DNA of 64,000 nt from Planctomycetota bacterium. Lineage in GTDB: Bacteria > Planctomycetota > UBA1135 > UBA2386. Below are positions 20,951 through 30,315 of this stretch, piece after piece. The stretch's first letter is position 1. Each line of letters starts with the position of its first letter. The stretch is taken from positions 6,688,001 to 6,752,000 of the forward strand of contig OZ245006.1 of NCBI GenBank assembly GCA_965223545.1, given 5' to 3'. The notes beneath the pieces are model-generated. The model saw only the letters and a list, made by a program, of their open reading frames with translations. It searched no databases and had not been told where the DNA came from. Position numbers and translations under genes: made by a program.

Positions 20951-23674
20951 TCAGCGCGACCGGGGCCGGCGCGACGGGTCGCCGCGCTCGCGGCGGGCTT
21001 GGGCGCGGCGCTCGGCATGCGCTGCGGCTTCGCGCTCCGCCTGCTGCACACCGGCGTCATCGCCGAGCGCCCTGCAGGCGGCGGCCAGCGGGCGGTAGAT
21101 TCGGTCCCATGGTGCGGCGCGCCACGCCAGGTGGGGGCGCAGTGCGGTGAGGTCGGCGGCGCGGGCGAGTGCCGCCGTCAGGCGCTCGCGCGCAAGGGCG
21201 GGGTCGCCGCGCTCGAGGTCGTTGGCGGCGGCCGTGTGCAGCGCCTCGATCAGCCGCCAGAGCTGGTGCACCGCGCTGGGATACTCCTGCCACAGCGGCT
21301 CGAGCACATCGATGGCGGCGGCAAAATCGACATCCGCGCGCTGGCGCAGGTCGGTGGCCGTCGCGGCGTCGGCGGTGGCGCTGGCTTGCTCGGTGAGCAG
21401 TCGGCCGTGCAACAACCGCGCGCGGCCGTACAGCTCGCTGCAGCGCGGCAATGCCCGGTAGCGGTCGCGCAGCTGCCGGGCGCGATCGACCGCAGTCCTG
21501 CTGGCCGCGAGCGCCTCGTCGAGCAGCTGCTGATGGCTTGCCAGCATCAGATACGACTCGATCAGCTCGCATTCGTGATCGGGGATGTCCGGGTGGTTGG
21601 CGGCGAGCTCGTCCAAGGTGCGGATCGCGGTCGCGGCCTGCTCGCCGGCGGCGAGCACCTCGCCCGAGCGAAACAGCATGCGCGCCAGCAGTTGGCGGCT
21701 GCGCGCTTCCAGCATGCGGAACGCCGGGTTGTCCGGCTCGGCTTCGAGCAGGCCCTCGGCGAGCTGCAGGGCGCGCTCGTGCGGTGCCCCCATGCCGTGG
21801 CGCGGCTGGCGGTCGCGCCGGGCCCGCGGCAGCGTGTCGGGCAGGCGGCCGATGCGCTGCAACGCACCCAGATCGTTGAGCACCGCCGCCAGCTCGTAGC
21901 GGCCCTGCAGCTCTTCGGCGCCGCCGGTGGCTGCCAACAGCAGCCGCTCGAGCTGGTGGATCGCGGCGCGGAACTCCTCGCGCGCGCCAGAGCGGTCGCC
22001 GCGGTCCTCGAGCACGTGGCCGAGGCTGCGGCGGACGACCGCGCTGGCCAGCGCCGCCGCCGGGTCGCCGGCGTCTTGCCCGTGGATTGCCAGCGCGCGG
22101 CGGTAGGCGGTCTCGGCGTCGTCGTTGTGCCCGAGCCAGCGGTGGATGTCGCCGACCCGGCGCAGTGCGCGCGCGGTGTCCTGGTGCAGGCGTACATTGC
22201 CGTCGTTGTGCAGCGCAAACGCGTCGTAGAACGTGCAGAGACGTTCCAGTAGCTCGAGCTCGCGCGCAGAGACCACCGGTACCACCGGCACCGTTTCGCT
22301 CGCGTCGTCGAGCATCACCAATCCCCGGTCGCGGCCGGCGATCGCGTCGAACAGGTCGTCGAAGGCCTGCAGCGACAAGTCGAGGTTTTGTTCGGCGCGT
22401 GCGGTGGCGACGCGCTGACCGCGCAGACTGTTCTGCACCCGGTCGTTGGCGTCGCGCTCGCGTCGCAGGGATGCGTCGGCTTGTAGATAGGCGAGCCAAC
22501 CGACGGCGGCGGCGGTCAGCGTCGCGCCGATCGCAGTCGCCGCGCTGATCGCCTGGCCCGGGTTGCGTCGCGTCCAGCGCCATGCGCGTTCGAAGGCGCC
22601 GACGCGCCGCGCGCGCACGGGGACGCCGTCGAGGAAGCGCTGCAGATCGTCGGCCAACGCCGCGCAATCGGGATACCGGTGGGCCGCGTCGATCGACGTG
22701 GCGCGGGCGATCACGGTGCGCAGATCGCGGGGTGTTGCCGGGCGCTGCGCTGCTAGGTCGGGCACCCCCTGCGCACTGATCTGCTTGACCAGCGCGCCGC
22801 GGCCGCTGGCATGGAACGCGCGTTGACCGGTCAACAGCTCGAACAGCGTCACGCCGAGGCCGTACTGGTCGCTGCGCGCGTCGAAGCGGCCATCGAGAAC
22901 CTCCGGCGCGGCGTAGGCGAGCGAGCCGACGAAGTCGCGCGTGCGGGTCACCGCCTGCTGGTCGAGCAGCTTGCCGATGCCGAAGTCGGTGATCCAAACC
23001 GTGCCGTGGGGATCGAGCAACAGGTTGGCGGGCTTGACGTCGCGGTGCAGGACGCCCTGGGCATGGGCGTGGTGCAGGGCGCGCGCGGCTTGCACACCGA
23101 TGCGCGCGACCTCGTGCTCGAGCGCGCCGGCGCCGGTGGGGCGGCGGTCGGCGTAGTGGTCGAGCGCGCCGCCGTCGACGCGCTGCATGGCGTAGTAGTG
23201 CACGCCGTGGTCGAAGCCGGTGCCGTAGATCGGCACGATGTTGGCGTGGTGCAGGCGCGAGGCGATCTCGGCCTCGCGCTGAAAGCGCTCGACTTGTGCC
23301 GCCTCGGCGAACGCCGACGGCGGCAGCACCTTGACCGCGACACGGCGCGACAGCGACACCTGTACCGCGTCGTAGACGATGCCCATGCCACCGCGGCCGA
23401 TCTCGTCGAGCAGCCGGAAGTCGCCCAGGCGTTCGACCCGCTTCCAGTGTGGCCGGCTGAGGCGCTCCACCTTGAGCGCCTCCATCGCTGCGATCGGGGA
23501 CAGGAGCTCGCGCAGCGCTGCGCGGTACCGCGGGTGCCGATCGGCGAACTGGGTGGCGGTGAGCTGCTCGCCATCGCGCAGCTGGTCGGTGAATGCATCC
23601 ACCAGTGCCGCCAGCTCGGCTTCGGTGTCTGCCGCGGCGGGCTCCGGTCCTGGCGTTGCTCTCTCGTCGGTCAC
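20951..23674 (-). CDS. Ser/Thr protein kinase with TM segment and C-terminal TPR-like repeats
   Basis: IGRGGMGIVY, VAVK, HRDVKPAN, TDFG, APE; RRNP followed by a TM; helical repeats. Confidence 0.95.
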   Translation of the reverse strand: MTDERATPGPEPAAADTEAELAALVDAFTDQLRDGEQLTATQFADRHPRYRAALRELLSPIAAMEALKVERLSRPHWKRVERLGDFRLLDEIGRGGMGIVYDAVQVSLSRRVAVKVLPPSAFAEAAQVERFQREAEIASRLHHANIVPIYGTGFDHGVHYYAMQRVDGGALDHYADRRPTGAGALEHEVARIGVQAARALHHAHAQGVLHRDVKPANLLLDPHGTVWITDFGIGKLLDQQAVTRTRDFVGSLAYAAPEVLDGRFDARSDQYGLGVTLFELLTGQRAFHASGRGALVKQISAQGVPDLAAQRPATPRDLRTVIARATSIDAAHRYPDCAALADDLQRFLDGVPVRARRVGAFERAWRWTRRNPGQAISAATAIGATLTAAAVGWLAYLQADASLRRERDANDRVQNSLRGQRVATARAEQNLDLSLQAFDDLFDAIAGRDRGLVMLDDASETVPVVPVVSARELELLERLCTFYDAFALHNDGNVRLHQDTARALRRVGDIHRWLGHNDDAETAYRRALAIHGQDAGDPAAALASAVVRRSLGHVLEDRGDRSGAREEFRAAIHQLERLLLAATGGAEELQGRYELAAVLNDLGALQRIGRLPDTLPRARRDRQPRHGMGAPHERALQLAEGLLEAEPDNPAFRMLEARSRQLLARMLFRSGEVLAAGEQAATAIRTLDELAANHPDIPDHECELIESYLMLASHQQLLDEALAASRTAVDRARQLRDRYRALPRCSELYGRARLLHGRLLTEQASATADAATATDLRQRADVDFAAAIDVLEPLWQEYPSAVHQLWRLIEALHTAAANDLERGDPALARERLTAALARAADLTALRPHLAWRAAPWDRIYRPLAAACRALGDDAGVQQAEREAAAHAERRAQARRERGDPSRRPRSR

Positions 23675-24336
23675 GCGTCGGGCTCGAAGCCGGGAACGCC
23701 ATCCAGCGCCGCGCGCAGCCGGCGCAGCGCGCGCACGTAGCGGTTGGTCGACGCCGCCTTGTGCAGGCCCAGGACCTCGGCGGCTTGGTTGTTGGTGAGC
23801 TCTTCGAAATGACGCAGCACCAGGATCTCGCGGTCGGTCTCCGACAGCTCCTCGAGCACGAGCTGCAGGCGCTCGATCATCTCGGCGCGCACCGCGGCGC
23901 GCGTCGGCGTGGTCTGCGCGCCGAACAGCTGGTCGGCGAGGTGCGCCGCGGTGGCGTCGGGGCCGGGGCCGGCGATCTTGCGCTCGGCGCCGACACCGCG
24001 CTTGGCGGCGTGCAGGTGGTGTCGGGTGACGTCGACCAACGTCTGCATCGCGATGCCCCGCAGCCAGACGAACGTCGAGGCGTCGTTCTTGGCGAAGTGC
24101 TGCAGCCGCTGGGCGGCGGCGAAGAACGTGTCCTGCAGCACGTCCTCGGCGTCGACGCGGCCGTTGAGCCGGGGATCCATCCGCAGCCGAATCACGCGCG
24201 TCAAGCGCTCACGGAAGCGGTCGAGGACCGTGCCGAGGGCTTGCTCGTCCGCCGCCCGCAGGCGGTGGAGCGTGTCCGGGTCCACATCCGGGTCTTCGGT
24301 CGCCGGCGGTCTGGTTTCACTCACCAAGGGGAGCAT
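23671..24336 (-). CDS. ECF sigma factor coupled to the kinase
   Basis: RVDAEDVLQDTF, FVWLRGI, DREILVLRHFEELTNNQAAEVLG; stop overlaps the kinase start. Confidence 0.9.
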   Translation of the reverse strand: MLPLVSETRPPATEDPDVDPDTLHRLRAADEQALGTVLDRFRERLTRVIRLRMDPRLNGRVDAEDVLQDTFFAAAQRLQHFAKNDASTFVWLRGIAMQTLVDVTRHHLHAAKRGVGAERKIAGPGPDATAAHLADQLFGAQTTPTRAAVRAEMIERLQLVLEELSETDREILVLRHFEELTNNQAAEVLGLHKAASTNRYVRALRRLRAALDGVPGFEPDA

Positions 24337-24371
24337 ACCCGGTGGCGCGATCGCGCACGTGGGCGGTGGCG

Positions 24372-24728
24372 TCACCGGCGCCGGCGCGCATCGCCACGGC
24401 GACGGTCGCCACGGCGACGGTCGCCACGGCGATCCGGCGCCTTCCGCCCCGGGCCACCGCGCTTGCCGCGCTCGCCGCGGTTGCCGCGCTCGCCGCGGTG
24501 GTTGCGCCGGCCGCGTTCGCGCGCCGTGTCCCGGCGCTCGGCGCGGGCTGCGGCGAATTCCGTGGCGGTGATCACGCCGTCGCCGTTGGTGTCGATGCGC
24601 TGGAACGCGGCCGCCACGCGGTCGCGCGCGGCGTCGCCGCGGCGGCTCTTGCCGCGGTCGCCATCGGCTTGGGCGACGAGTGTCGCCGCCGCGCAGAGAA
24701 AGACGGAGATGCAGTGAATGAGTCGCAT
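24372..24728 (-). CDS. Small secreted EF-hand protein with Arg/Gly-rich tail
   Basis: Signal peptide; FQRIDTNGDGVITATEF EF-hand; RRGDR repeats. Confidence 0.75.
   Translation of the reverse strand: MRLIHCISVFLCAAATLVAQADGDRGKSRRGDAARDRVAAAFQRIDTNGDGVITATEFAAARAERRDTARERGRRNHRGERGNRGERGKRGGPGRKAPDRRGDRRRGDRRRGDARRRR
24391..24432. repeat. 15-bp coding tandem repeat, about 2.8 copies
   Basis: tcgccacggcgacgg twice plus tcgccacggcga. Confidence 0.85.
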
Positions 24729-24843
24729 GCCACGACAAACGCGCGCGCCGGCCGGCCGGAAACGCCCGACTCGGGGTTTCTCGGGCAACGACGGCGTATG
24801 GTGGCGATGTTTGCGTATCGGTTACAAATCGAAAGGACTTCGC

Positions 24844-25956
24844 ATGCGCATCACGGTGGTTTCGGCGGTCTTGCTGTGTGGTGTCGCTCCCGTGGCGGCG
24901 CAGCGCGGCGGCGACCCCGGCGCGGTTTGGCAGCACTTGGCCGAGCGTTACGACGCCGATGGCGACGGCGTCATCACGGCGGAGGAGCACGGCCGCGGCG
25001 AGCGGCAGTTCCGCAACCTCGACCGCGACGGCGATGGAACGATCACCGCCGCCGACTTCGAGCGGCGTGGACGGCGGCCGGGCCGCGGCGCGCGCGGCGA
25101 ACGCGGCGAGCGCCCCGCTCCGCGCGAGGTCGCGCGCCGGTTGGGCGACTTGTTCGGTTCGTTCCTCAACGTGGACGGTGAGCCCGGGCTGTCGGCGGTG
25201 GACTGGCAGCAGCTGCGCGAGCGCTTGGCGCCGGACGAGAACGGCGTGGTCGGCGACGGCGGCGTCGCCGCCGTGCTCGGCCTCGACGGCAAGACGCGCA
25301 TGGCGCGCATGGGCGGCTCGCTCAAGCCGCTGCTGGATCACGATGGAGATGGCGAGCTGCACGTCGACGACCTCGACGCCGTGTTCGCCGCGTTGGATCG
25401 CGACGGCGACGGCCTGATCGAGCAGGGCGACGAGATCGACATGCCGCCAGGGGTTGGCGAGATGGCGCCCGACTTCAGCCTGCCGTTCGCCGGCGACGCC
25501 GACCGCGAGTTGCGCCTGTCGAGCCATCGCGGCGAACGGCCGGTGGTGTTGATCTTCGGCTCCTACACTTGACCCCCGTTCCGCGCGTCAGCCGGTCGGC
25601 TGACAGAGCTGTACGAAGCCTACAAGGATCGCGTCGCGTTCTACCTGGTCTACATCCGCGAGGCGCACGCCCTCGACAGCCGTTCGCCGATGGCGTTCGG
25701 CATGGTCGAGGACCCGGTCGACGACGGTGAGCGTTCTGCCGTGGCGAAGCGGTGCGTCGACGACCTGGACTTGCCGATGCCGGCCTTGATCGACCGCATC
25801 GACGACGCGGTCAACCAGGCCTACAAGGGCTGGCCCGACCGGCTGTACTTGGTCGATCGCGAGGGCAAGATCGCCTACGCCGGCGGCCGCGGACCGTTCT
25901 TCTTCTCGACGGACGCGTTGGAGGAGCGGCTGCAGGCGGTGGTCGGGGAGCAGTAG
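24844..25956 (+). CDS. Secreted multi-EF-hand / iodothyronine deiodinase-like selenoprotein (UGA 25570-25572 read as Sec243; 370 aa)
   Basis: Track ORFs 24718-25572 and 25690-25956 share a frame and join across one TGA: APDF...RPVVLIFGSYT-U-PPFR...LVYIREAH...AYKGWPDRLY...AGGRGP, the deiodinase signature. SECIS-like hairpin follows. Confidence 0.88.
25587..25604 (+). promoter_or_regulatory. Putative bacterial SECIS hairpin
   Basis: GTCAGCC-ggtc-GGCTGAC, perfect 7-bp stem starting 14 nt after the UGA. Confidence 0.75.
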
Positions 25957-25990
25957 GGCCGGTTTGCCGGTTTCTTTCCGGCGAACGGCC
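25957..25990 (+). terminator. Hairpin after the deiodinase-like gene
   Basis: ggcc-g-gtttgccgg/tttcttt/ccggcgaac-ggcc directly after the TAG; no U-tract. Confidence 0.4.
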
Positions 25991-26067
25991 CGGGGTCGGA
26001 CAACCACGGCCGCGGCGGATCGCCCTACTGTGGGGCAGCACGCCTCCCTCTCCTTCGGCTCACCTCC

Positions 26068-27105
26068 ATGAAGAATCTCCTCACCGTTTCCGTCGCAACG
26101 GCGCTCGCCGCGGCGCTTCCCGCCCAAGGTCTGACCACCGCCTCCGGCTACGCGGTGTCGGCGCACGCCGGCAACGGCAGCGTGCAGGGGGTCGCCGGCG
26201 GCACCTCGATCGGCGCCACCGGGCTGGCGATCCGCGCCGCGGACGGCACCCGTGGCGGCCCGTCGGCGTTGGCGTCGACCGATGTCGGCATCACCCGGCT
26301 GACCAGTACGTCGGGCTCCGGTGCGGCGGTGCACGTCTACGAGAGTGGCGTCGCCAACAGCGACGGCTCTCGCCGGGCCGGCGCCGGCACCAGCAACGAC
26401 CCGCGCGGTGGTGGCCGTGCGCCCCACGCGCTGGCCTGGGCGATCCCGGCCCCGGCGGGCACGGTTGCCGCGGTCACCGTCGCCTGGCGTGCTGGCGCGA
26501 GTGCGAATGCCTCGACCGGCGTTGCCGTCGACGTCGACGGTGATGGCGCCGCTGATTTCACGGGCCGCGTGTCGAACGGCAGCGACAGCCGGAGCCAGAC
26601 GTTCCGCGTCACCGCCGGCCGCGCCGGCTTCTCCATCGGCATCATCACCTCGGGCAACGCGGCCGTGCTCAACGGCAGTGAGCAGTACGCGGGGCGCCTC
26701 TCGGTGACTTGGTTGCAGCCGTCGACCACGCCGTCGTGCACGTTCACCGCGTTCGGTCGGCCGTGTGGCGGTACGTTGGCGGCGCAAGAAGGTCGCACGA
26801 CGTCGGGCGGCGTGGTGATCCAGTACCGCGTCAGTGGCGCGGCGGCGAACGCGGTCGCCGTCCTCGGCCTCGGCACTGCGCTGTCTTCACCGGTGACGCT
26901 GCCCGGCACTCGCTGCCCGTTGCTCGTCAACCCGCGTGCCCTGATCAATGGCTCCACCGACGCGAACGGGAACGCGGGCTGGCGGTTGCCGCTACCGGTC
27001 CGGGCCAGTGGCCTCAACGTCGACGCGCAGGTCGTCACCCTGACGCTTGGCGCGACCGGCGCGCAGCTCGCCGCCACCAACGGCGTCAACACGATGTGTC
27101 AGTGA
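26068..27105 (+). CDS. Secreted hypothetical beta-rich protein with shared C-terminal domain
   Basis: Signal peptide ending LPAQ; VDVDGDG motif; C-terminal FGRPC...C...LPLP...AQ...TNG. Confidence 0.8.
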   Translation: MKNLLTVSVATALAAALPAQGLTTASGYAVSAHAGNGSVQGVAGGTSIGATGLAIRAADGTRGGPSALASTDVGITRLTSTSGSGAAVHVYESGVANSDGSRRAGAGTSNDPRGGGRAPHALAWAIPAPAGTVAAVTVAWRAGASANASTGVAVDVDGDGAADFTGRVSNGSDSRSQTFRVTAGRAGFSIGIITSGNAAVLNGSEQYAGRLSVTWLQPSTTPSCTFTAFGRPCGGTLAAQEGRTTSGGVVIQYRVSGAAANAVAVLGLGTALSSPVTLPGTRCPLLVNPRALINGSTDANGNAGWRLPLPVRASGLNVDAQVVTLTLGATGAQLAATNGVNTMCQ

Positions 27106-27179
27106 GTGCGGAGTCGCTGCGCGTCGCCTGGGCGGCGCGCGGCGCGACGTGATGAATCGGAGCCTGACCTGGCTCCGTA

Positions 27180-30100
27180 CTATCGGGGGCCGACGAAGAT
27201 GCGGGTGCGCAGGGTCTCGCCTTCGATGTTTAGGTCCGCGGTGCCGTGCCAGCCGAGGGCGCGCTCGGTGATCTCGACGCGGTAGTGGCCGGGGGCGAGG
27301 CCGAGGTGCTCGATGATCAGGCGCTCGGCGGGGACGTCGTAGGTGCGCGCGATCCAGCGTCGCACGGCTGCGTGGCGACCGTCTTGGGGCCGCACTTCGA
27401 TGGCGCAGAGGGCGACTTCGACGGCGTCGTCGCGGGGCGCGAACTGCAGCTCGAGGACGGCGTCGGCGGCGGGGTCGGCGACGACGCGCACGCTGCGTCG
27501 TTCGCCGGGGGTGAGCCGAAGGACTTGTTCGTGGACTGCGATGCCCGGGCCGCTGACCTGAAGGCGCCAGGATCCGGCGCCGAGCGCGGTTGCTGCGTAG
27601 CGACCCGCGCCGTCGCCAGTGGCGTCGATTCGGCTGCCGGAGTCGGGGTTGCGCAGCGTGACGTTGGCGTGCTCGCAGGGGGTGCCTTCTGCGGTTGTGA
27701 CCAGCACGGTGACCGCGGCCGGGGCCGCGAAGACGAGCGCTCCGAGGTCGACCGTTGGGCGGCCGCTGTCGAGCTGCAGCTCGAGCACGCGGGGCGCGCG
27801 ACCGCGAGGCTCGATGCGCAGGTGATACTCGCCGAGCGGCAGCCCGCCGAGTTCGAACGCGCCATCTTCGACCGAGGCGTGGGCGCCGCGCGCCACGGGC
27901 CAAGCCGTCTGCATCAGCGTCAACCGCGCGCCGCCGAGTGCCTGCCCGTGGTCGTCGATCGCGCGGCCGCGGATCGCGCCCCGCGGCTCGGAGACCCGTC
28001 GGGCGACCAGCTCGTGGCGTCGGTTCCCGCTGCGCAGCGGCCCGAACCGCTGTCCAGGGAAGACGTCCGCCTCCGCGCCGCGCCCATGCACCGTGATCAG
28101 ATACTCGCCCGTGGGAATGTCGCTGAAGGACACCACTCCGCTGGCGTCGGTTGCCGCCGTTTCGACGCGGGGCGGTTCGCCGCGGTGCGTGGCCCGCAGC
28201 CAGACGCGCGATAGCGGCGCACCACCTCGGTCGACGATGCGCACCGAGAGCTCGTCGCCGGTCCCCAGCCGCGCGTCCCAGCGCGCGGTGGCGCCGCACT
28301 CGAGGTCCAGGGCCGTGTGCGTCGTGTCGCGCGCGCGGCGCGCAGTCAGCCGCGCGCGCCCCGGCGGAAGGCCCGCCAGAGCGAAGCCGCCGGCGGCATC
28401 GGTTCGGGTCTCGGCTACACCGAGGTCCGACGCCAACGCCGCGAGGTCGAGGCCGGATACCGATAGTCGCACCGCCACGCCTTGGAGCGGCGCGCCGTCT
28501 GCACTCCGCACGGTTCCCGCCACTGCGGCGCCGTCACCGATCGCGAGCTCGAGCCACCGCGGTGCGTCCGGAGTGAGGCGCACGCGCCGTGCCGCGGCGG
28601 TGAACTCTCCACCGTCGGGCGCGCGGGCGATCGCGATGTAGTCGCCCGTCGTGACTTCGTCGGTGCGGAATCCACCGGCCGCATCGCACAGCAGGAGCGT
28701 TCCTCGAGTGGTGCCGTCGACGACCCTCGCCAACGCCACCAGGGCGCCCGGGACTGGTGCCCCGTCGTGCGTGACGCGGCCGGCGATCTCGACGCCGACC
28801 GCCCCGAGCTCGAGGTCGATGGCGACGCGATCCCCGGCCGCGCCGAACACCATCGCGGCGGCCGAGGGCGCCCGACCGGCGGCTCGGGCGCGCAGGCGGG
28901 CGCCCTGCGCGATCGCCGCGACCTCGTATCGGCCGTCGGCGGCGCTGGTCGCGACCAGCAATCCCCCGGGTGGCGATGTCGCGTGGCTGGCCCACACCGA
29001 GGCGCCCGGGACCGGGAGACCGTTGGGCGTCCGGATCGTGCCATGCGCGGTCGGCGCGCCTCGCAGCGTCAAGCTCACCTCGGTCGTGGCTCCGCCGCGC
29101 ACGTGTGCGTCGACAGTTTCCGGTTGGCGGTCCAGCCCCACCCGGTAGGCGCCCGCTGCGAGGTCCTCGAACACGGCGGGTCCGACGGTCGGGTCGAACA
29201 CCGCGGAGCGCGATGGTGCGCTGTTGTCGCCCTCCGTGCGCACGGCGAACACGCGGAGTGCGGACTCGGTCGGCGTTGCCCCGCGCACCGTGACGCGCAG
29301 CGCACCCACCGAGATCGGGGCCGCCGCCGGCGGAGAGGCCGTCGCCCGCGACGCCAGCGTCTCGTCGGCCGTGCCGCCCCGTCCCAAAGGTGCGGCGCGC
29401 AACGCGCGGGTCGCGACACTGGTCGGTGGTTGAGCCGAGGCTGGCCCCGGCGGATCTGCGCGGGTCACGAGCAGCAGCGCGAGCGCAACCAAGCCGAGGC
29501 CGGCACTGCCCGCCCACAGGGTGGTCGACGTCGCCCAGCGATGGGCGGCCACCCGACTGCCCCGTGCAACCTCCGTCGGAGTCGTCGCCAGCGGGGTCCC
29601 GCGGCCCGAGACCCGGGTCAGCAGGCGCGTGCGCACGGCATCGAGCGCGACGGGGGGCGGCCCCGTGTCGACCACCGCGATTCCCGCGAGGCCGGTCGGC
29701 AGCCGCGCCCGCAGCTGATCCAACCCCCGCACCAGTTGGGTCCGCACGGTGCCCGCCGGCCGATCGAGGGTGTCGGCGATCTCTCGACAGCTCAACCCGT
29801 GCTCGAAGTGGAGGACGATGACCTGCCGATAGTGCACGGGCAGCGCCGCCACCGCCTCACGACATACGGCGGCCCGCTCGCGATGCGCGGCATCGCTGGC
29901 CGGTTCCCTTCCTTGCCAAGGGCGGAGGGCGTCGGTCCAGCGCCGTGGGTCGACGCGCCGCCGCCTCCGCCTCCCCTCGTCCCGCGCCCGGTGGACGAGG
30001 ATGCCCAGCAGCCACGGCAGCAGGGGCATTCGCGGATCCCACTGTTCGGCCGTCTCGATCGCCGCCAGGTAGGTCGTCTGCAGCAGATCCTCGGCGCCAC

Positions 30101-30221
30101 CCGTTCCGGCCAGGTACCGGGCGACGCGGGCCAGTTCGGGCGCCGTCGCGTCGAACACCGCCGCCAGTGCGGCGGGGGCCTTGGTGTCGCGAAAGCGCTG
30201 GAAGTCTCGCTCTGGTGTCAT
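27180..30221 (-). CDS. ECF sigma factor fused via a TM to carboxypeptidase-regulatory-like beta-sandwich repeats
   Basis: AEDLLQTT...PWLLGI; LPVHYRQVIVLHF...TVRTQLVRG; TM LGLVALALLLV; repeated G.V....G.PV.GA.V...TD..G.F...L..G.Y units. Confidence 0.85.
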   Translation of the reverse strand: MTPERDFQRFRDTKAPAALAAVFDATAPELARVARYLAGTGGAEDLLQTTYLAAIETAEQWDPRMPLLPWLLGILVHRARDEGRRRRRRVDPRRWTDALRPWQGREPASDAAHRERAAVCREAVAALPVHYRQVIVLHFEHGLSCREIADTLDRPAGTVRTQLVRGLDQLRARLPTGLAGIAVVDTGPPPVALDAVRTRLLTRVSGRGTPLATTPTEVARGSRVAAHRWATSTTLWAGSAGLGLVALALLLVTRADPPGPASAQPPTSVATRALRAAPLGRGGTADETLASRATASPPAAAPISVGALRVTVRGATPTESALRVFAVRTEGDNSAPSRSAVFDPTVGPAVFEDLAAGAYRVGLDRQPETVDAHVRGGATTEVSLTLRGAPTAHGTIRTPNGLPVPGASVWASHATSPPGGLLVATSAADGRYEVAAIAQGARLRARAAGRAPSAAAMVFGAAGDRVAIDLELGAVGVEIAGRVTHDGAPVPGALVALARVVDGTTRGTLLLCDAAGGFRTDEVTTGDYIAIARAPDGGEFTAAARRVRLTPDAPRWLELAIGDGAAVAGTVRSADGAPLQGVAVRLSVSGLDLAALASDLGVAETRTDAAGGFALAGLPPGRARLTARRARDTTHTALDLECGATARWDARLGTGDELSVRIVDRGGAPLSRVWLRATHRGEPPRVETAATDASGVVSFSDIPTGEYLITVHGRGAEADVFPGQRFGPLRSGNRRHELVARRVSEPRGAIRGRAIDDHGQALGGARLTLMQTAWPVARGAHASVEDGAFELGGLPLGEYHLRIEPRGRAPRVLELQLDSGRPTVDLGALVFAAPAAVTVLVTTAEGTPCEHANVTLRNPDSGSRIDATGDGAGRYAATALGAGSWRLQVSGPGIAVHEQVLRLTPGERRSVRVVADPAADAVLELQFAPRDDAVEVALCAIEVRPQDGRHAAVRRWIARTYDVPAERLIIEHLGLAPGHYRVEITERALGWHGTADLNIEGETLRTRIFVGPR

Positions 30222-30315
30222 CGCCCGTGCTGCGGGTGGGGCGTCGACAGTGCTACACCAAATCTCGGCGGGCGTGTCGGACAGTCGACCGGCCGCGGAC
30301 GTCGCCCTCCGGCGT

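Noticed and set aside
24718..25956. Reading the deiodinase-like and HMA genes as nonsense pseudogenes or as two separate genes
   Set aside because: Each TGA falls exactly at the catalytic or ligand Cys/Sec position and is followed by a matching SECIS-like hairpin.
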